64,000 nucleotides of DNA from Candidatus Sungiibacteriota bacterium (lineage in GTDB: Bacteria > Patescibacteriota > Minisyncoccia > Sungbacterales > HO2-52-23), in assembly GCA_016432465.1 (NCBI GenBank), contig CP066690.1:250702-314701 (forward strand). Reading direction: 5' to 3'. The notes beneath the pieces were generated by a model, which worked only from the letters and a program-made list of their open reading frames with translations, made no database searches and was not told the DNA's origin. Every line of letters starts with the position of its first letter. Position 1 is the stretch's first letter. This document shows, in pieces, positions 1 to 9,672 of the stretch. A program made the translations under genes and the position numbers.

Positions 1-5
1 ATGCG

Positions 6-296
6 GTGGACAGCGTCTTTGCTTATCTTGAAAAAATGGGAGAGCTTGCCAAAAATCTTTTCTGGTGGGGAATAAGTATTGCTGCCGCCATAGTCCCGGT
101 AATTTCTCTTCACCTTTTTCTTGAAATACGAGGTTGGGAACGGGAGTGGATAACTTACGTCCTGGTAGCGCTGGCGCTTGCTACAGGATATTTTACCGGA
201 AAGTACTTGGCAGTACGTCTCTGGCAATGCACTTGTATCTGTCACAGTTTCGGATTTAATCGTTTCTCCTGTGCCCACTGCAAGGCAGAGGTCTAA
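6..296 (+). CDS. small membrane hypothetical protein (may be 5'-partial)
   Basis: 96-aa ORF with two hydrophobic segments; start is at the window edge. Confidence 0.5.
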   Translation: MDSVFAYLEKMGELAKNLFWWGISIAAAIVPVISLHLFLEIRGWEREWITYVLVALALATGYFTGKYLAVRLWQCTCICHSFGFNRFSCAHCKAEV

Positions 297-611
297 GATA
301 TGAACTACTCGGCAGCAAGCTGCCGAGATTATATTTGTAGAACCCCGTCACCAATTTTGCGGGATGACGGATGGCGAAGCGCTTCGCCCGTCAAGGGATG
401 TGCCTATTCGGCACGCGCGCTTCGCGGTCAACATCCATGGCCGTCTATTTCCGGCCCTTTTCAGTATACAGAGGCAAAATTGGTGAGGGGTTATCTTTCG
501 TTTCCGCCATTCATCGCGGCAGCTTGCTAGCGCGTTTTCTGGCGGACGAAAGATAAAAAAACAGCTCTGGAAATTTCCGAGCTGCTTTTGTTTTAACGCA
601 ATCCTGTTTCC

Positions 612-2174
612 CTAGGGAAGGGAAATTTTTCTTACTAATTTTATCTCCGGAAGTGAGCCAATTTGGGCAATAACTTCGGGACTTAGCTCACCACGATTTA
701 TACTCACCACGGCACAGGCCTGATTAGTCGTCGGATTGTTTCCGCTCTGCATCCGGGAGATATTTAAATTCTGCCCCGCCAAAACCCCAAGGACTTTGGC
801 AAAAACTCCGGGGACATCTTCATTTATAAAAACCAGGAGCTGACCACCAAGAGGCGTACCGCCGACAACATAACCATTTACGCTGACCAAAAGCGGCACC
901 CCTTCGTCAACTCGTCCCACAGCTTCAACCGCATGGGAACCCCGAATAAACCGAAGACCTATTTTCTTTTGCTTCTCTTCTTTTACAAAACTGTGGCAAA
1001 AAAATCCTCGCTCTTCGGCCGCCAAGGCCGCATTCACATAGCCTACTTCAAGAGTGTCCCTAAGAACTATACGCTCCAGCACTCCCCGTTCTTCAGCCGT
1101 AAAATCTCCTTCAAAATAATTCTCAATCCCATCGCCCACTCCACAAAATTGTCTAAGAAATCCGGTCAGGCGCTTGGCGAGCAACCGGTATGGGTCAAGG
1201 TGTCTGAAACGTTCGGTTTCAACATACGGAGCATTGACGGCATCACGGATAATACCCTCTTTAAGATAAAGAATAAGGGTCTGGACGATATTTTCTCCAA
1301 TTCGTTCTTCCGCCTCCTCGGTCTGACCGGCAACATGGGGCGTAACAATAATGTTGACCCCGCGATCTTGTAAGATCTTAATTGTGTCGCATCTTGTCTT
1401 ACACAATGGTTCTTCTTCAAAAACATCCAGTGCCGCACCCGCCAACCTTCCATCGGCAAGATGGCGCAACAGCGCCTCTTCGTCCACCACGCCGCCACGA
1501 GAAGTGTTTATCAAAAAGGCCGATGGCCGCATTTTCTGGATCGTCTCGGCATTGATCAATCTGGCGGTTACGGCCGTAAGCGAAACATGAACGGTTATAA
1601 CGTCGCTTTCCTGAAAAAGGGTGTCAAGATCAACCCGACGTATTCCACCCTCAAGCACCGGCACCACGTCATAACCCAAAAGGTCAACCCCAAAATTTTT
1701 CAGCCTTTGCGCCACCAAACGGCCAATTCTTCCGCAACCAATAATACCAACCTTTTTTCCGCAAAGTTCTCTCCCGACAAGTGAGCTTTTTAGCCAGTGC
1801 CCATTTTTCAGTTTACTGTCAGCAAACGGAATACGCCGCAGGAGAGCAAACATTAGTCCGATGGTGTGCTCGGCAACCGCATTTTCGTTCCCGCGGGGAG
1901 CGTTGCAGACCAGAATATTTTTCTTGGTTGCAGCTTCAACGTCAATATTATCTACCCCAACCCCCGCGCGTCCGATAATCTTTAAACGCTCGGCTAATTT
2001 CAGCACCATGGCGTCAATCTTGGTCCGACTCCGGATAATCATCCCGTCGTATCTGGAAATTTTTTGACAAAGATCATTTGGGGAAATTGTCGGCAACTCA
2101 TCCACTTCCAATCCTGCTTCGCGTAAAACGGCTGCGGCATTGGCCGAAACCGCATCAGCAATGAGAATACGCAC
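612..2174 (-). CDS. serA: D-3-phosphoglycerate dehydrogenase with C-terminal ACT domain
   Basis: GRAGVGVDNID, GxGRIG Rossmann motif, INTSRGG, TPHVAGQT, C-terminal DVPG ACT-like domain. Confidence 0.93.
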   Translation of the reverse strand: MRILIADAVSANAAAVLREAGLEVDELPTISPNDLCQKISRYDGMIIRSRTKIDAMVLKLAERLKIIGRAGVGVDNIDVEAATKKNILVCNAPRGNENAVAEHTIGLMFALLRRIPFADSKLKNGHWLKSSLVGRELCGKKVGIIGCGRIGRLVAQRLKNFGVDLLGYDVVPVLEGGIRRVDLDTLFQESDVITVHVSLTAVTARLINAETIQKMRPSAFLINTSRGGVVDEEALLRHLADGRLAGAALDVFEEEPLCKTRCDTIKILQDRGVNIIVTPHVAGQTEEAEERIGENIVQTLILYLKEGIIRDAVNAPYVETERFRHLDPYRLLAKRLTGFLRQFCGVGDGIENYFEGDFTAEERGVLERIVLRDTLEVGYVNAALAAEERGFFCHSFVKEEKQKKIGLRFIRGSHAVEAVGRVDEGVPLLVSVNGYVVGGTPLGGQLLVFINEDVPGVFAKVLGVLAGQNLNISRMQSGNNPTTNQACAVVSINRGELSPEVIAQIGSLPEIKLVRKISLP

Positions 2175-2304
2175 GTTGCCTTACCCCTACTTGTCAAGAA
2201 TTTTATTTAGCATAGCGGACTGCGGACTGCCGCGCAAGGGAACGATTGACACCCCCTTCCTTATATAGTAAGCTCCCCCACAGCACGATTAAACTACAGG
2301 TACA

Positions 2305-3219
2305 TTGGTGGAAGAGGTCCCGAAATTCATACAACAAGGGTTTCCGGTCCAGTTTGCGCGAAGCCGTGGGCGTAAAAAAGAGTGGTCTCCTTTTCCCTTT
2401 AGGCTTGAGTGGCAAACCGGGCTTTGGTTTGAACTTTTTGAAAAACATATTGAATTTATTGTGGGCGACATAGAACGCGCGAAGGCCGCAGAAAAACTAG
2501 TTGTTTATCTAAGTTGTCCCATTTCCAGCCGCGGCGGAGGATGGAGCCGGACCAACATAGAAGTTGCACACCATACCGCCCAACGCCTGACTCAACAGTG
2601 GGGCAACAGATTCTGGATTTTGAACCCTACGCTTTATCAGCTGGAGTCACGTGAAGGCCGGGGCCTTTTGAAAAGGCATGCCCATCTTCTTTCTTTGGAA
2701 AAAGGACTGAAGCACGAAATAGACATAGACTCGTTAAATAAGCTCTCGCCCCCGCGCGGTGGTGACTATCTCCGAATGTGGCTCCGCATACTTACGGAAG
2801 ACGGAGAAAGTAATTTAGGCGGCCGCTTTGACGCTTTTTACTTCCTAGGATCATCCGATGTCTGGAATTTTTTTACTCATTCTGGAAAAGTAAATGTTAC
2901 TGACGGTGTAGAGGACTACTTTGCGCGACAATTTGCGCGCGATCCAGAATTTCGCGAACGCTTTGGCGAGTCTCCGCATGCTCCAACTTTAGCAACGGAT
3001 TTCTTCCGTTACTATACAATAAAGGCAAGCTCACATTTTAGTCTCGGCTCACACGACGAGTACAACATTTGGCGAATCTTAAACGAACTTCGCTGTGAGG
3101 AACTGGGCCTCGCCGCTCAAATTCCTGGGTATTTTGACGGAAGACAACTTGGTCTGGGCGCCGCAGAAGTTCCGGTAACCCGCGGTTATGAAAAAACAAA
3201 ATCGGAAAAACTCGCTTAA
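2305..3219 (+). CDS. conserved-looking hypothetical protein
   Basis: 304-aa ORF; YLSCPISSRGGG motif; family not recognised. Confidence 0.7.
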   Translation: MVEEVPKFIQQGFPVQFARSRGRKKEWSPFPFRLEWQTGLWFELFEKHIEFIVGDIERAKAAEKLVVYLSCPISSRGGGWSRTNIEVAHHTAQRLTQQWGNRFWILNPTLYQLESREGRGLLKRHAHLLSLEKGLKHEIDIDSLNKLSPPRGGDYLRMWLRILTEDGESNLGGRFDAFYFLGSSDVWNFFTHSGKVNVTDGVEDYFARQFARDPEFRERFGESPHAPTLATDFFRYYTIKASSHFSLGSHDEYNIWRILNELRCEELGLAAQIPGYFDGRQLGLGAAEVPVTRGYEKTKSEKLA

Positions 3220-3286
3220 AGCGAGTTTTAAATTGCAACTGATAAATTTTCATGATACGTTATTAATACTCGCAGAAGGCGCAGGG

Positions 3287-3542
3287 GGGCGTTTAGCCCC
3301 GACGCCTCGACTTTACGTCGGGGGTCGGGGCCTGCCTTCCCATCTTTGGACATACACCCACCCCCCCAAGTTAAAACAAATTCGTTTGATACAGGGGCGT
3401 ATAGCTCAATGGCAGAGCGTCTCTTTGACGTAGAGAAGGTTCAAGGTTCAAATCCTTGTACGCCCATTTCAAAGGTAGGAGGGTGAAGCAGAGCGTTACA
3501 TTGACATTGTAAGGGTCGCAGGTTCAATCCTTGCAACGCCCA
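3287..3542 (+). pseudogene. disrupted outer tRNA-Val(GAC) enclosing an intact tRNA-Val(GAC)
   Basis: 5' GGGCGTTTAGC at 3287 pairs with 3' AACGCCC-A ending 3542; 3' part 3488-3542 has anticodon arm TTACA-TTGACAT-TGTAA and a T arm. Confidence 0.75.
3395..3466 (+). tRNA. tRNA-Val(GAC)
   Basis: GGGCGTA/TACGCCC acceptor, TCTCT-TTGACGT-AGAGA anticodon arm, GGTTCAAATCC T arm. Confidence 0.93.
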
Positions 3543-3583
3543 CTACGCAGTGCTTAATCGAACAAAAAGAAAATCACAATTAT

Positions 3584-4129
3584 TCATCGTGATTTTTGTT
3601 TTCTTTTTTTGAATAAAAATTCTTTTCTCAAAATCCACCGCCCATCTCTTCTTTGAACACAAAGATTAACCCCGTCAACAGTAAAAGTTCTTGTATATCG
3701 AAAACCTTTTAATTCTTTTTTATATCGTTGGATGTTTCGTTCCGTATCTTTGGAGAGGGTTATGTGCGGGTTGTATTTTGAAAAAGCCCAATATGTGCTT
3801 CGAGCCCCCATCCGATGTTTTTTCTGGACAAGCTTTTTAAGTAAGCTGTGAAGCCTTTGTAATTTTGCGGGACAACTTGATTTTGCGAAAAGAACTCTGT
3901 TATCAAACCAGCCCAGTCCATCAATTCGCATTCGAAATGGTCCGAACTCCTCAAGGCAGAGCGTGATATCTTTTATCAGCGGTATCAAGCCTGCTCGTAA
4001 AACAAATGGCGGAACAAGAGTAATATGTGCGGATGAATGCGAAATTCCACTCGGATTATATTTTTTGCGGTAACCATCAAGTTCAAGAACTATGTTTTTG
4101 GGGATTCTCACGGTAATTAGTAAACGCAT
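3584..4129 (-). CDS. 2H phosphoesterase / 2'-5' RNA ligase family protein
   Basis: Two HITL motifs (AHITLVPP, PHITLS); start set at MRLLIT. Confidence 0.85.
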   Translation of the reverse strand: MRLLITVRIPKNIVLELDGYRKKYNPSGISHSSAHITLVPPFVLRAGLIPLIKDITLCLEEFGPFRMRIDGLGWFDNRVLFAKSSCPAKLQRLHSLLKKLVQKKHRMGARSTYWAFSKYNPHITLSKDTERNIQRYKKELKGFRYTRTFTVDGVNLCVQRRDGRWILRKEFLFKKRKQKSR

Positions 4130-4301
4130 TTTGTTTTCCTTTTTTAGCCTTTTCAAATAAGATATGTTAATATAAACATATTAATACAGCGGTGGCAAGT
4201 TTAATACATGGGAGGATTTATAGCAATTTCCCCACATAATTATTTGGTAATTTTTGTGACAAGGTGCGTATATATTCGGTTAATGACCCATTAAGTCCAC
4301 T

Positions 4302-4658
4302 ATGCAAAAATCCGAACATGTACCATCTGAAGAAAACAGAGAAGAACCGACGCTCGAGAAACTTGATCGCGCGCTGGAAGAAGAAGAAGAACATCTTAAA
4401 GAATTCCCAAACCACGGAATCCATTTGGGAACTATGGAATTGCTGCATATCTCCAAACACTCCCCCGAACTTAGTAAATTTTTTGCCGATGCCGAAGAGA
4501 TATTAGAGCTTGACACTACGACAGCAGCACGGCTTAGAGATCTTGAAGAAAAATATTTAGCCTGTGTCATTACAGGGAAAGAAATTAAGGAGCTGGAAGA
4601 AAGATTTTTACATCCCTACTATCAAAAACTACAAAGGGAGAAAAGTGGGGGTGTTTAG
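4302..4658 (+). CDS. acidic hypothetical protein
   Basis: 118-aa ORF with protein-like composition. Confidence 0.55.
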   Translation: MQKSEHVPSEENREEPTLEKLDRALEEEEEHLKEFPNHGIHLGTMELLHISKHSPELSKFFADAEEILELDTTTAARLRDLEEKYLACVITGKEIKELEERFLHPYYQKLQREKSGGV

Positions 4659-4809
4659 CCCCGACGCCCCGACTTTACTCGGGGGTCGGGGCCCCGACCG
4701 CAAGGCGCGTCGGGGTTTAACCCTCCCATCAATGAACAGGTTCGCTACGAAACAGAGTTTTTAGACGACCTCTTGGTAAAACGTCATTTATTCACTCCGT
4801 TAGATTTAT

Positions 4810-5237
4810 GGGTGCTTAGCTCAGTGGTAGAGTGTCTCGTTTATTCACCCCGTTAGAAATCAAGCTGGGCAGTTAGTTCAATGGCAGAACGTCTGTTTTA
4901 CACACAGAAGGTTGTAGGTTCGATTCCTACACTGCCCAAATTTCTAACGGGGCAGGCCGAGAAGAGCGGGGGTTCGAATCCCATCATCTTCTTAGACAGA
5001 ACAAAATTCTCCCTTGCGGGGAATTTTGTTCTGTCTTAAATGCGTGGGGAATCGAACGGGGAGCAAAGAGTGAATGTCTTCACTCTTTGCGAACCCAGGA
5101 TTTTGCCGAGGGTAAAAAGCAAAAGATTTTGCTTTTTACGGGCTCGCTACATTCACAGCGCGAGTTTACGAGCGTATTGTGAAAGCGAACCCCGGGTTTG
5201 CTGAAGAAGCAAACAAAATCGATTCCCTCAACGCCCA
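4810..5237 (+). pseudogene. disrupted outer tRNA-Val(TAC) with nested tRNA and a T-arm insertion
   Basis: GGGTGCTTAGCTCAGTGGTAGAGTG-TCTCG-TTTA | insert | CGAGA..GGGGGTTCGAATCCC; displaced 3' end GATTCCCTCAACGCCCA at 5221-5237. Confidence 0.7.
4867..4938 (+). tRNA. tRNA-Val(TAC)
   Basis: GGGCAGT/ACTGCCC acceptor, TCTGT-TTTACAC-ACAGA anticodon arm, GGTTCGATTCC. Confidence 0.93.
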
Positions 5238-5282
5238 TCCCTGATTGTCGGCGCGAATTTTTCCGAAGCGAGGGCGGCGGCG

Positions 5283-5367
5283 GGCATTCCGCCCCCCAAC
5301 CCCCTCCTGCCGCGCCGTCCTCGCTCTGTCTCTTGACTCAATCGCTTTAGTTTGCTAAAGTGGCGGT
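5283..5367 (+). repeat. left arm of ~85-bp inverted repeat carrying a sigma70 promoter
   Basis: Reverse complement of 7310-7394 (one mismatch seen); TTGACT-17 bp-TAAAGT with extended TG, ending immediately before the GTG at 5368. Confidence 0.88.
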
Positions 5368-5682
5368 GTGGACTGGAAAAGCAAAGAAAACAAGAGGTTA
5401 ATTCAAGCAGTCCTGGCTCTCAAAACAGACGACGAGGCCAGACGATTTTTGCGTGATTTGATGACCGAAAAAGAAATTGAGGAGTTTGCTAAACGATTGA
5501 AAGCCGCCGAAATGCTGACGGAAAAAGTACCATATTCGGTAATCGAAAGTGAAACCGGCTTGAGTTCTACTACCGTTGCTCGTGTTGCAAAGTGGTTGAA
5601 CGGAAAAGAAGGCGGCTACAGAACAATTATCAGCAAACTTCATCATCACAACTCTATCCAAACACGGAGAGGGTTGTCTTAA
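5368..5682 (+). CDS. TrpR-like YerC/YecD family regulator
   Basis: FLRDLMTEKEI...ETGLSSTTVARVAKWL..GGY signature. Confidence 0.88.
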   Translation: MDWKSKENKRLIQAVLALKTDDEARRFLRDLMTEKEIEEFAKRLKAAEMLTEKVPYSVIESETGLSSTTVARVAKWLNGKEGGYRTIISKLHHHNSIQTRRGLS

Positions 5683-5791
5683 TGTATTTTTTTTTTCGCA
5701 TGAAGCTAACCCCCTCCGTAATTGGAGGGGGTTTACGTTTGCCTACCCATGACAAAACGGCAAACATAGTTCCTTAAAAAAGGAGGAAGCA

Positions 5792-6460
5792 ATGGAAAAC
5801 ATCTCGCTGGTTCGGTACTCACCTAATGGTGGCGAGCACGAACTCACGGCACAACTCGTGGAGTGCTACCGTGATGTGTTCGCAGATGGGCCGTGGCACG
5901 AATGGCTCAAGTGTCCGCAGTGTCAAAAATATTGGGGTACGAGAGATAGAAGTTTTCTTGCCTCAAACAGGTTTCGCCACTGCAATACGCCACTCGTGGA
6001 CTTCTGGCCACGCGAACAAGTAGTTTGCGATCTTCATCACGAGATTACACTAGAAGCTTCATGTTGGCTTGCCATAAGCAATCTCTCGGTCATCGGTTTT
6101 TGTTGGGGTTACCCAATAACCATCATCGACCTAGAAGCAAAGCTTGGCGTTTCTTTCGGCGCCGAACTTGCATACGAACCCACGGAGCTGGTCGCATATC
6201 AGGATGAAGTAGGCGTCCTTTCTGCCTATCGTGGGCGCAAAATAGCAAAAGCGATGGTCACGCGCCGTCTCGAGGACTTTCTTGCACAAGACTTGAAAGT
6301 TGGAATAGTCAGAACGAGGCAGAGCCCGGAGTCTTCCGAAACCTTCTTGTGGTACACCAACAAGTTGGGCTATCGTATTCTTGCAAACTATCCTGGCGAA
6401 GACGGTAGAGTAGTTCTGGGTCGCAACCTCGATGGCCTCAAAGAATTGCTCGCTCCCTAA
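5792..6460 (+). CDS. GNAT family N-acetyltransferase (with a CxxC insert)
   Basis: V...YRGRKIAKAM acetyl-CoA motif A, terminal LGY; AGGAGG RBS. Confidence 0.75.
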   Translation: MENISLVRYSPNGGEHELTAQLVECYRDVFADGPWHEWLKCPQCQKYWGTRDRSFLASNRFRHCNTPLVDFWPREQVVCDLHHEITLEASCWLAISNLSVIGFCWGYPITIIDLEAKLGVSFGAELAYEPTELVAYQDEVGVLSAYRGRKIAKAMVTRRLEDFLAQDLKVGIVRTRQSPESSETFLWYTNKLGYRILANYPGEDGRVVLGRNLDGLKELLAP

Positions 6461-6480
6461 CGCAACAGCCTTGCGTGATT

Positions 6481-7308
6481 TCACGCAAGGCTGTTTTTCT
6501 TTTCTCCAAACAAAAAGGCTTCTTCACCAACTTTTTCTCGGTTTCGGGCAAAAAGAATAACGGCGGCTTTCTCGGCTCTTATTTCTTGGGTTCCATCTAC
6601 TCCGATAACTTGTCCTTTCGACATTTCTTCAAAATCATCAAACGATTTTGTAAGAATAAATTTGTTGGTTTTTGTTTTGTACAAATCGTACATTCGTATA
6701 TACGATTGTTTTTGTGGCATTAGATCATTTGCAATGTGGTCACGAGCCTTAAGAAATGCGAAAATACTTTTTTCTGCAATCTGTTCTGATTGAGGATTGC
6801 CGAGAAAGCCGCACTCAATGCAAATCCCTATTTTGCCGATACTATTCATGTAGTAGTCGGTGCCGCCAGGCTCTATTTGATCAAAGCCGGACGCAATGCG
6901 TTCAACTGGCAAATACTTAATAATCCCTGTTGCATTTGCTTCGCAAATAACAAAAGGTTTGCTCGTCGACGTGCGACTCGCGTGTATATCCAAAAGTGCT
7001 TCGGCTTTATTCAAATAGGTTTTTAGAAATTGAGCGCGACTATATTCATAACTCTCTTTTTCCTTTTCTGAAAATTGTTCATTGCGATTGAACATTCTAT
7101 TTAGATTGGCCCCTACATATCGCTTATTAGCTTCAACCGCTCGTGGGTTTCCATAGCCAAATAAAACTACCCCGCGCTCAATTTCGAGGGTTGGTAAAAT
7201 TTTTTCCAATGCTTCCAGTCCACATTTTTCATCACCATGCACGCCAACCAGAACGATACTTGTCGTTCCTTTTTCTCGGCCAGTGATTTTAATAATTTCT
7301 TCAAACAT
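6481..7308 (-). CDS. succinylglutamate desuccinylase/aspartoacylase (M14-like) family protein
   Basis: GVHGDE, NLNRMF, LDIH and ECG motifs. Confidence 0.88.
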   Translation of the reverse strand: MFEEIIKITGREKGTTSIVLVGVHGDEKCGLEALEKILPTLEIERGVVLFGYGNPRAVEANKRYVGANLNRMFNRNEQFSEKEKESYEYSRAQFLKTYLNKAEALLDIHASRTSTSKPFVICEANATGIIKYLPVERIASGFDQIEPGGTDYYMNSIGKIGICIECGFLGNPQSEQIAEKSIFAFLKARDHIANDLMPQKQSYIRMYDLYKTKTNKFILTKSFDDFEEMSKGQVIGVDGTQEIRAEKAAVILFARNREKVGEEAFLFGEKKNSLA

Positions 7309-7309
7309 T

Positions 7310-7394
7310 ACCGCCACTTTAGCAAACTAAAGCGATTGAGTCAAGAGGCAGAGCGAGGACGGCGCGGCAGGAGGGGGTTGGGGGGCGGAATGCC
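7310..7394 (-). repeat. right arm of ~85-bp inverted repeat carrying a sigma70 promoter
   Basis: Reverse complement of 5283-5367; ends 1 nt before the ATG at 7308. Confidence 0.88.
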
Positions 7395-7637
7395 GCGCCG
7401 TCCGAGCAGGACATTGGCACGAGCCTCCGCCTGCCCGTTAGGGCAGAACGCCGAAACAAAATTTTCTTTCTCTTTTAGAAGAAAAAAATCTGGCGCGCGC
7501 GAAAAATCAAAAATGTAAAGAAAATTTTGTTGGGGCGTAGCCCCGCCTTTGGCGGGACGCGGAGGCGTTGAGTAGCTAGAATTTTTTAGGAATTTTTGAC
7601 AAAGTAGGTTCGAGCGGACTCATAAAGATACATTCCC

Positions 7638-7680
7638 ATAAAAACCATCCCTCTGCCATTGGCAGAGGGATGGTTTTTAT
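7638..7680. terminator. near-perfect 43-bp palindrome, possible bidirectional terminator
   Basis: ATAAAAACCATCCCTCTGCCA-T-TGGCAGAGGGATGGTTTTTAT. Confidence 0.5.
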
Positions 7681-7718
7681 ATTAGTCTTCAAGCAGTAGT
7701 CTTTGAAAAAGGTTATTC

Positions 7719-8324
7719 ATGGAACCCGTGGAGTCGGATGAACGCACGCCCAACCTAAAACGCTATCTTGAAAAATTAGGAATCGCGCTTGGGGAGCTAT
7801 ACGGAAAAAGGATTTTAGACATCGGCGCCGGTGGTCTTTATTTTGCCAAAGAAGCATGGTTGGCGCATGAAATAAAAGTATTCTCTGTTGAGCCGGACTT
7901 AACCGAGTCTATTTCACGCTATTACGGACTATTCGCTTATGCTACGGCCTGTTGTCAAACCAGTCCCGAACTTGAGGCCTTTCAAATAACCCTAAGACGC
8001 ACCGTAAGGGCCTTCGGACAGGCGCTTCCGTTTAAAGATGAATCATTTGATTATGTGGTTTCTATTTTTGGAGTTCCTTTTATGATTAAGAACTACTTTG
8101 AAGGGTTACTTGCTATCAATGAAGGATTGCGGGTGCTTAGACACAAAGGAACACTTATTTTTTATCCCCTGGAGTCACAGTTTTTTGACATTAAAGAAAA
8201 TACGGCCCTGAAGGCAGAGATGCTTGTCTTGCGAAAATTCCCTGATTTTAGGATAGTGCTCTCGCCCTATGATGATCCCGAAGCCATGAGAACCCTAACT
8301 CGGGTTATTATCAAAAAAGGATAA
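7719..8324 (+). CDS. class I SAM-dependent methyltransferase
   Basis: ILDIGAG, LPFKDESFDYV, RVLRHKG motifs. Confidence 0.87.
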   Translation: MEPVESDERTPNLKRYLEKLGIALGELYGKRILDIGAGGLYFAKEAWLAHEIKVFSVEPDLTESISRYYGLFAYATACCQTSPELEAFQITLRRTVRAFGQALPFKDESFDYVVSIFGVPFMIKNYFEGLLAINEGLRVLRHKGTLIFYPLESQFFDIKENTALKAEMLVLRKFPDFRIVLSPYDDPEAMRTLTRVIIKKG

Positions 8325-8457
8325 ATCACGCCCTTTGACCCCGCTCTTGCACGCAAGGGCGGGGTAAACGTGCTCAAACTGCCATCCGACAACCTCTTAG
8401 CTTGCGCTAAAGATAGTTTACTGCTACAATTCTTGAAACTCTGTTAAGGGGCATGAC

Positions 8458-9357
8458 GTGATAAAACGCATTCTAGCCCTTGTTCTTTTACTTTTTGCGG
8501 CCGGAGCCGGTCCCAGCTTCGCACTTCCGGATATTTTATATACCTATGCCGCTGGTCAGGGTGATAAGTCTGAAAAAAATCCTTCTCTAGCCGGCTTTGG
8601 CGGGCGAGCGTTAACGCTTTGTGTGGAAAAAACGGATCAGAAACTTAATGACATGTCGGTGCGAGATATATCTGACTTGTATAATGAGCGGAGAGTAACC
8701 CTGCCTGACCAGAAAATGCCCGGTTTTGTACGAAACGCCTGCCAACGGGGTCTTCAAGATTTTTTTGGTGAGCTTGAATTTGTAAAAGATATTGCCCGGT
8801 GGCTTGATAGAAACCTTAAATATCTTGTACGAGACCAGCTGGTTATCAGAAAAGATGACGGGAGAACAGATGTGCTTCTGGCGCCGAGCTCTAAAGAACT
8901 TCGGCAACCAACCAGATTTCAGGCAAGATTTAAATTCGGCGTTGACACTGACGGACACAAAATACAAGAGAATAGTTTGGACGGAATAATCACCCCGTCC
9001 TTCAAGTTGAATCTGAACTATGAGAAAGTGGAGTTTAAGCTTCGGCTAAATCCCGTACGACAAACGCTAAACGCCACCTTCGGCCTTGACCATTATCTCT
9101 TTGGGGCTTTGCGTCCTAACCTTGAATACAAAATACGACCCCATGAAGATAATCGCCAAATTTTTGAGATTGGATTTCTGGTTAAACCTGTCCTACCGGA
9201 AGTTGATGTCAGAATGATTACCCAAATTGTTCCCGAAAGACCATCGCATAATCACTTCTCCGGAGTTGGTTTGGTTTGGAAGCTTGACCACTGGGAGTGT
9301 TGGATTGCTCCCTCCTCCTGTCCAAATAAATCCCCCCACCTTCCCACGGGGTTTTGA
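8458..9357 (+). CDS. secreted hypothetical protein
   Basis: N-terminal signal peptide; last codons are contributed by the repeat at 9326. Confidence 0.7.
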   Translation: MIKRILALVLLLFAAGAGPSFALPDILYTYAAGQGDKSEKNPSLAGFGGRALTLCVEKTDQKLNDMSVRDISDLYNERRVTLPDQKMPGFVRNACQRGLQDFFGELEFVKDIARWLDRNLKYLVRDQLVIRKDDGRTDVLLAPSSKELRQPTRFQARFKFGVDTDGHKIQENSLDGIITPSFKLNLNYEKVEFKLRLNPVRQTLNATFGLDHYLFGALRPNLEYKIRPHEDNRQIFEIGFLVKPVLPEVDVRMITQIVPERPSHNHFSGVGLVWKLDHWECWIAPSSCPNKSPHLPTGF

Positions 9358-9437
9358 ACCCTGCGGGAAGGATTTATACGGCACCCATTCATCCCCGCAG
9401 CAAACTGCGGGGTCTTCTAGGAGGGTGGGGGGATAAA
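9326..9437. mobile_element. MITE-like repeat family A, copy 1
   Basis: ATAAA-TCCCCCCACCTTCCC ... GGTGGGGGG-ATAAA; homologous to copies at 38198, 49237, 51534, 62837. Confidence 0.8.
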
Positions 9438-9525
9438 TAGTCATCATGATAACATCCGTGCCTCTGGCGCGGATTTAAGTTGAAATAAATTAAAAATCAT
9501 GATATTCTGTCAGACATAACCTTGG

Positions 9526-9616
9526 GGTGGGATGCCAGAGTCCGGTTGAATGGGCCGCACTCGAAATGCGGTATCCCGCTTTAGCGGGATCGGGGGTTCA
9601 AATCCCTCTCCCACCG
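9526..9616 (+). tRNA. tRNA-Ser(CGA)
   Basis: CCGCA-CTCGAAA-TGCGG anticodon arm, long variable arm, GGTGGGA/TCCCACC acceptor. Confidence 0.93.
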
Positions 9617-9672
9617 ACTGTGGAAACTTTGAGACAGTTTTTTGAACTTGTCTCAAGGTTTTCACTAAACCT

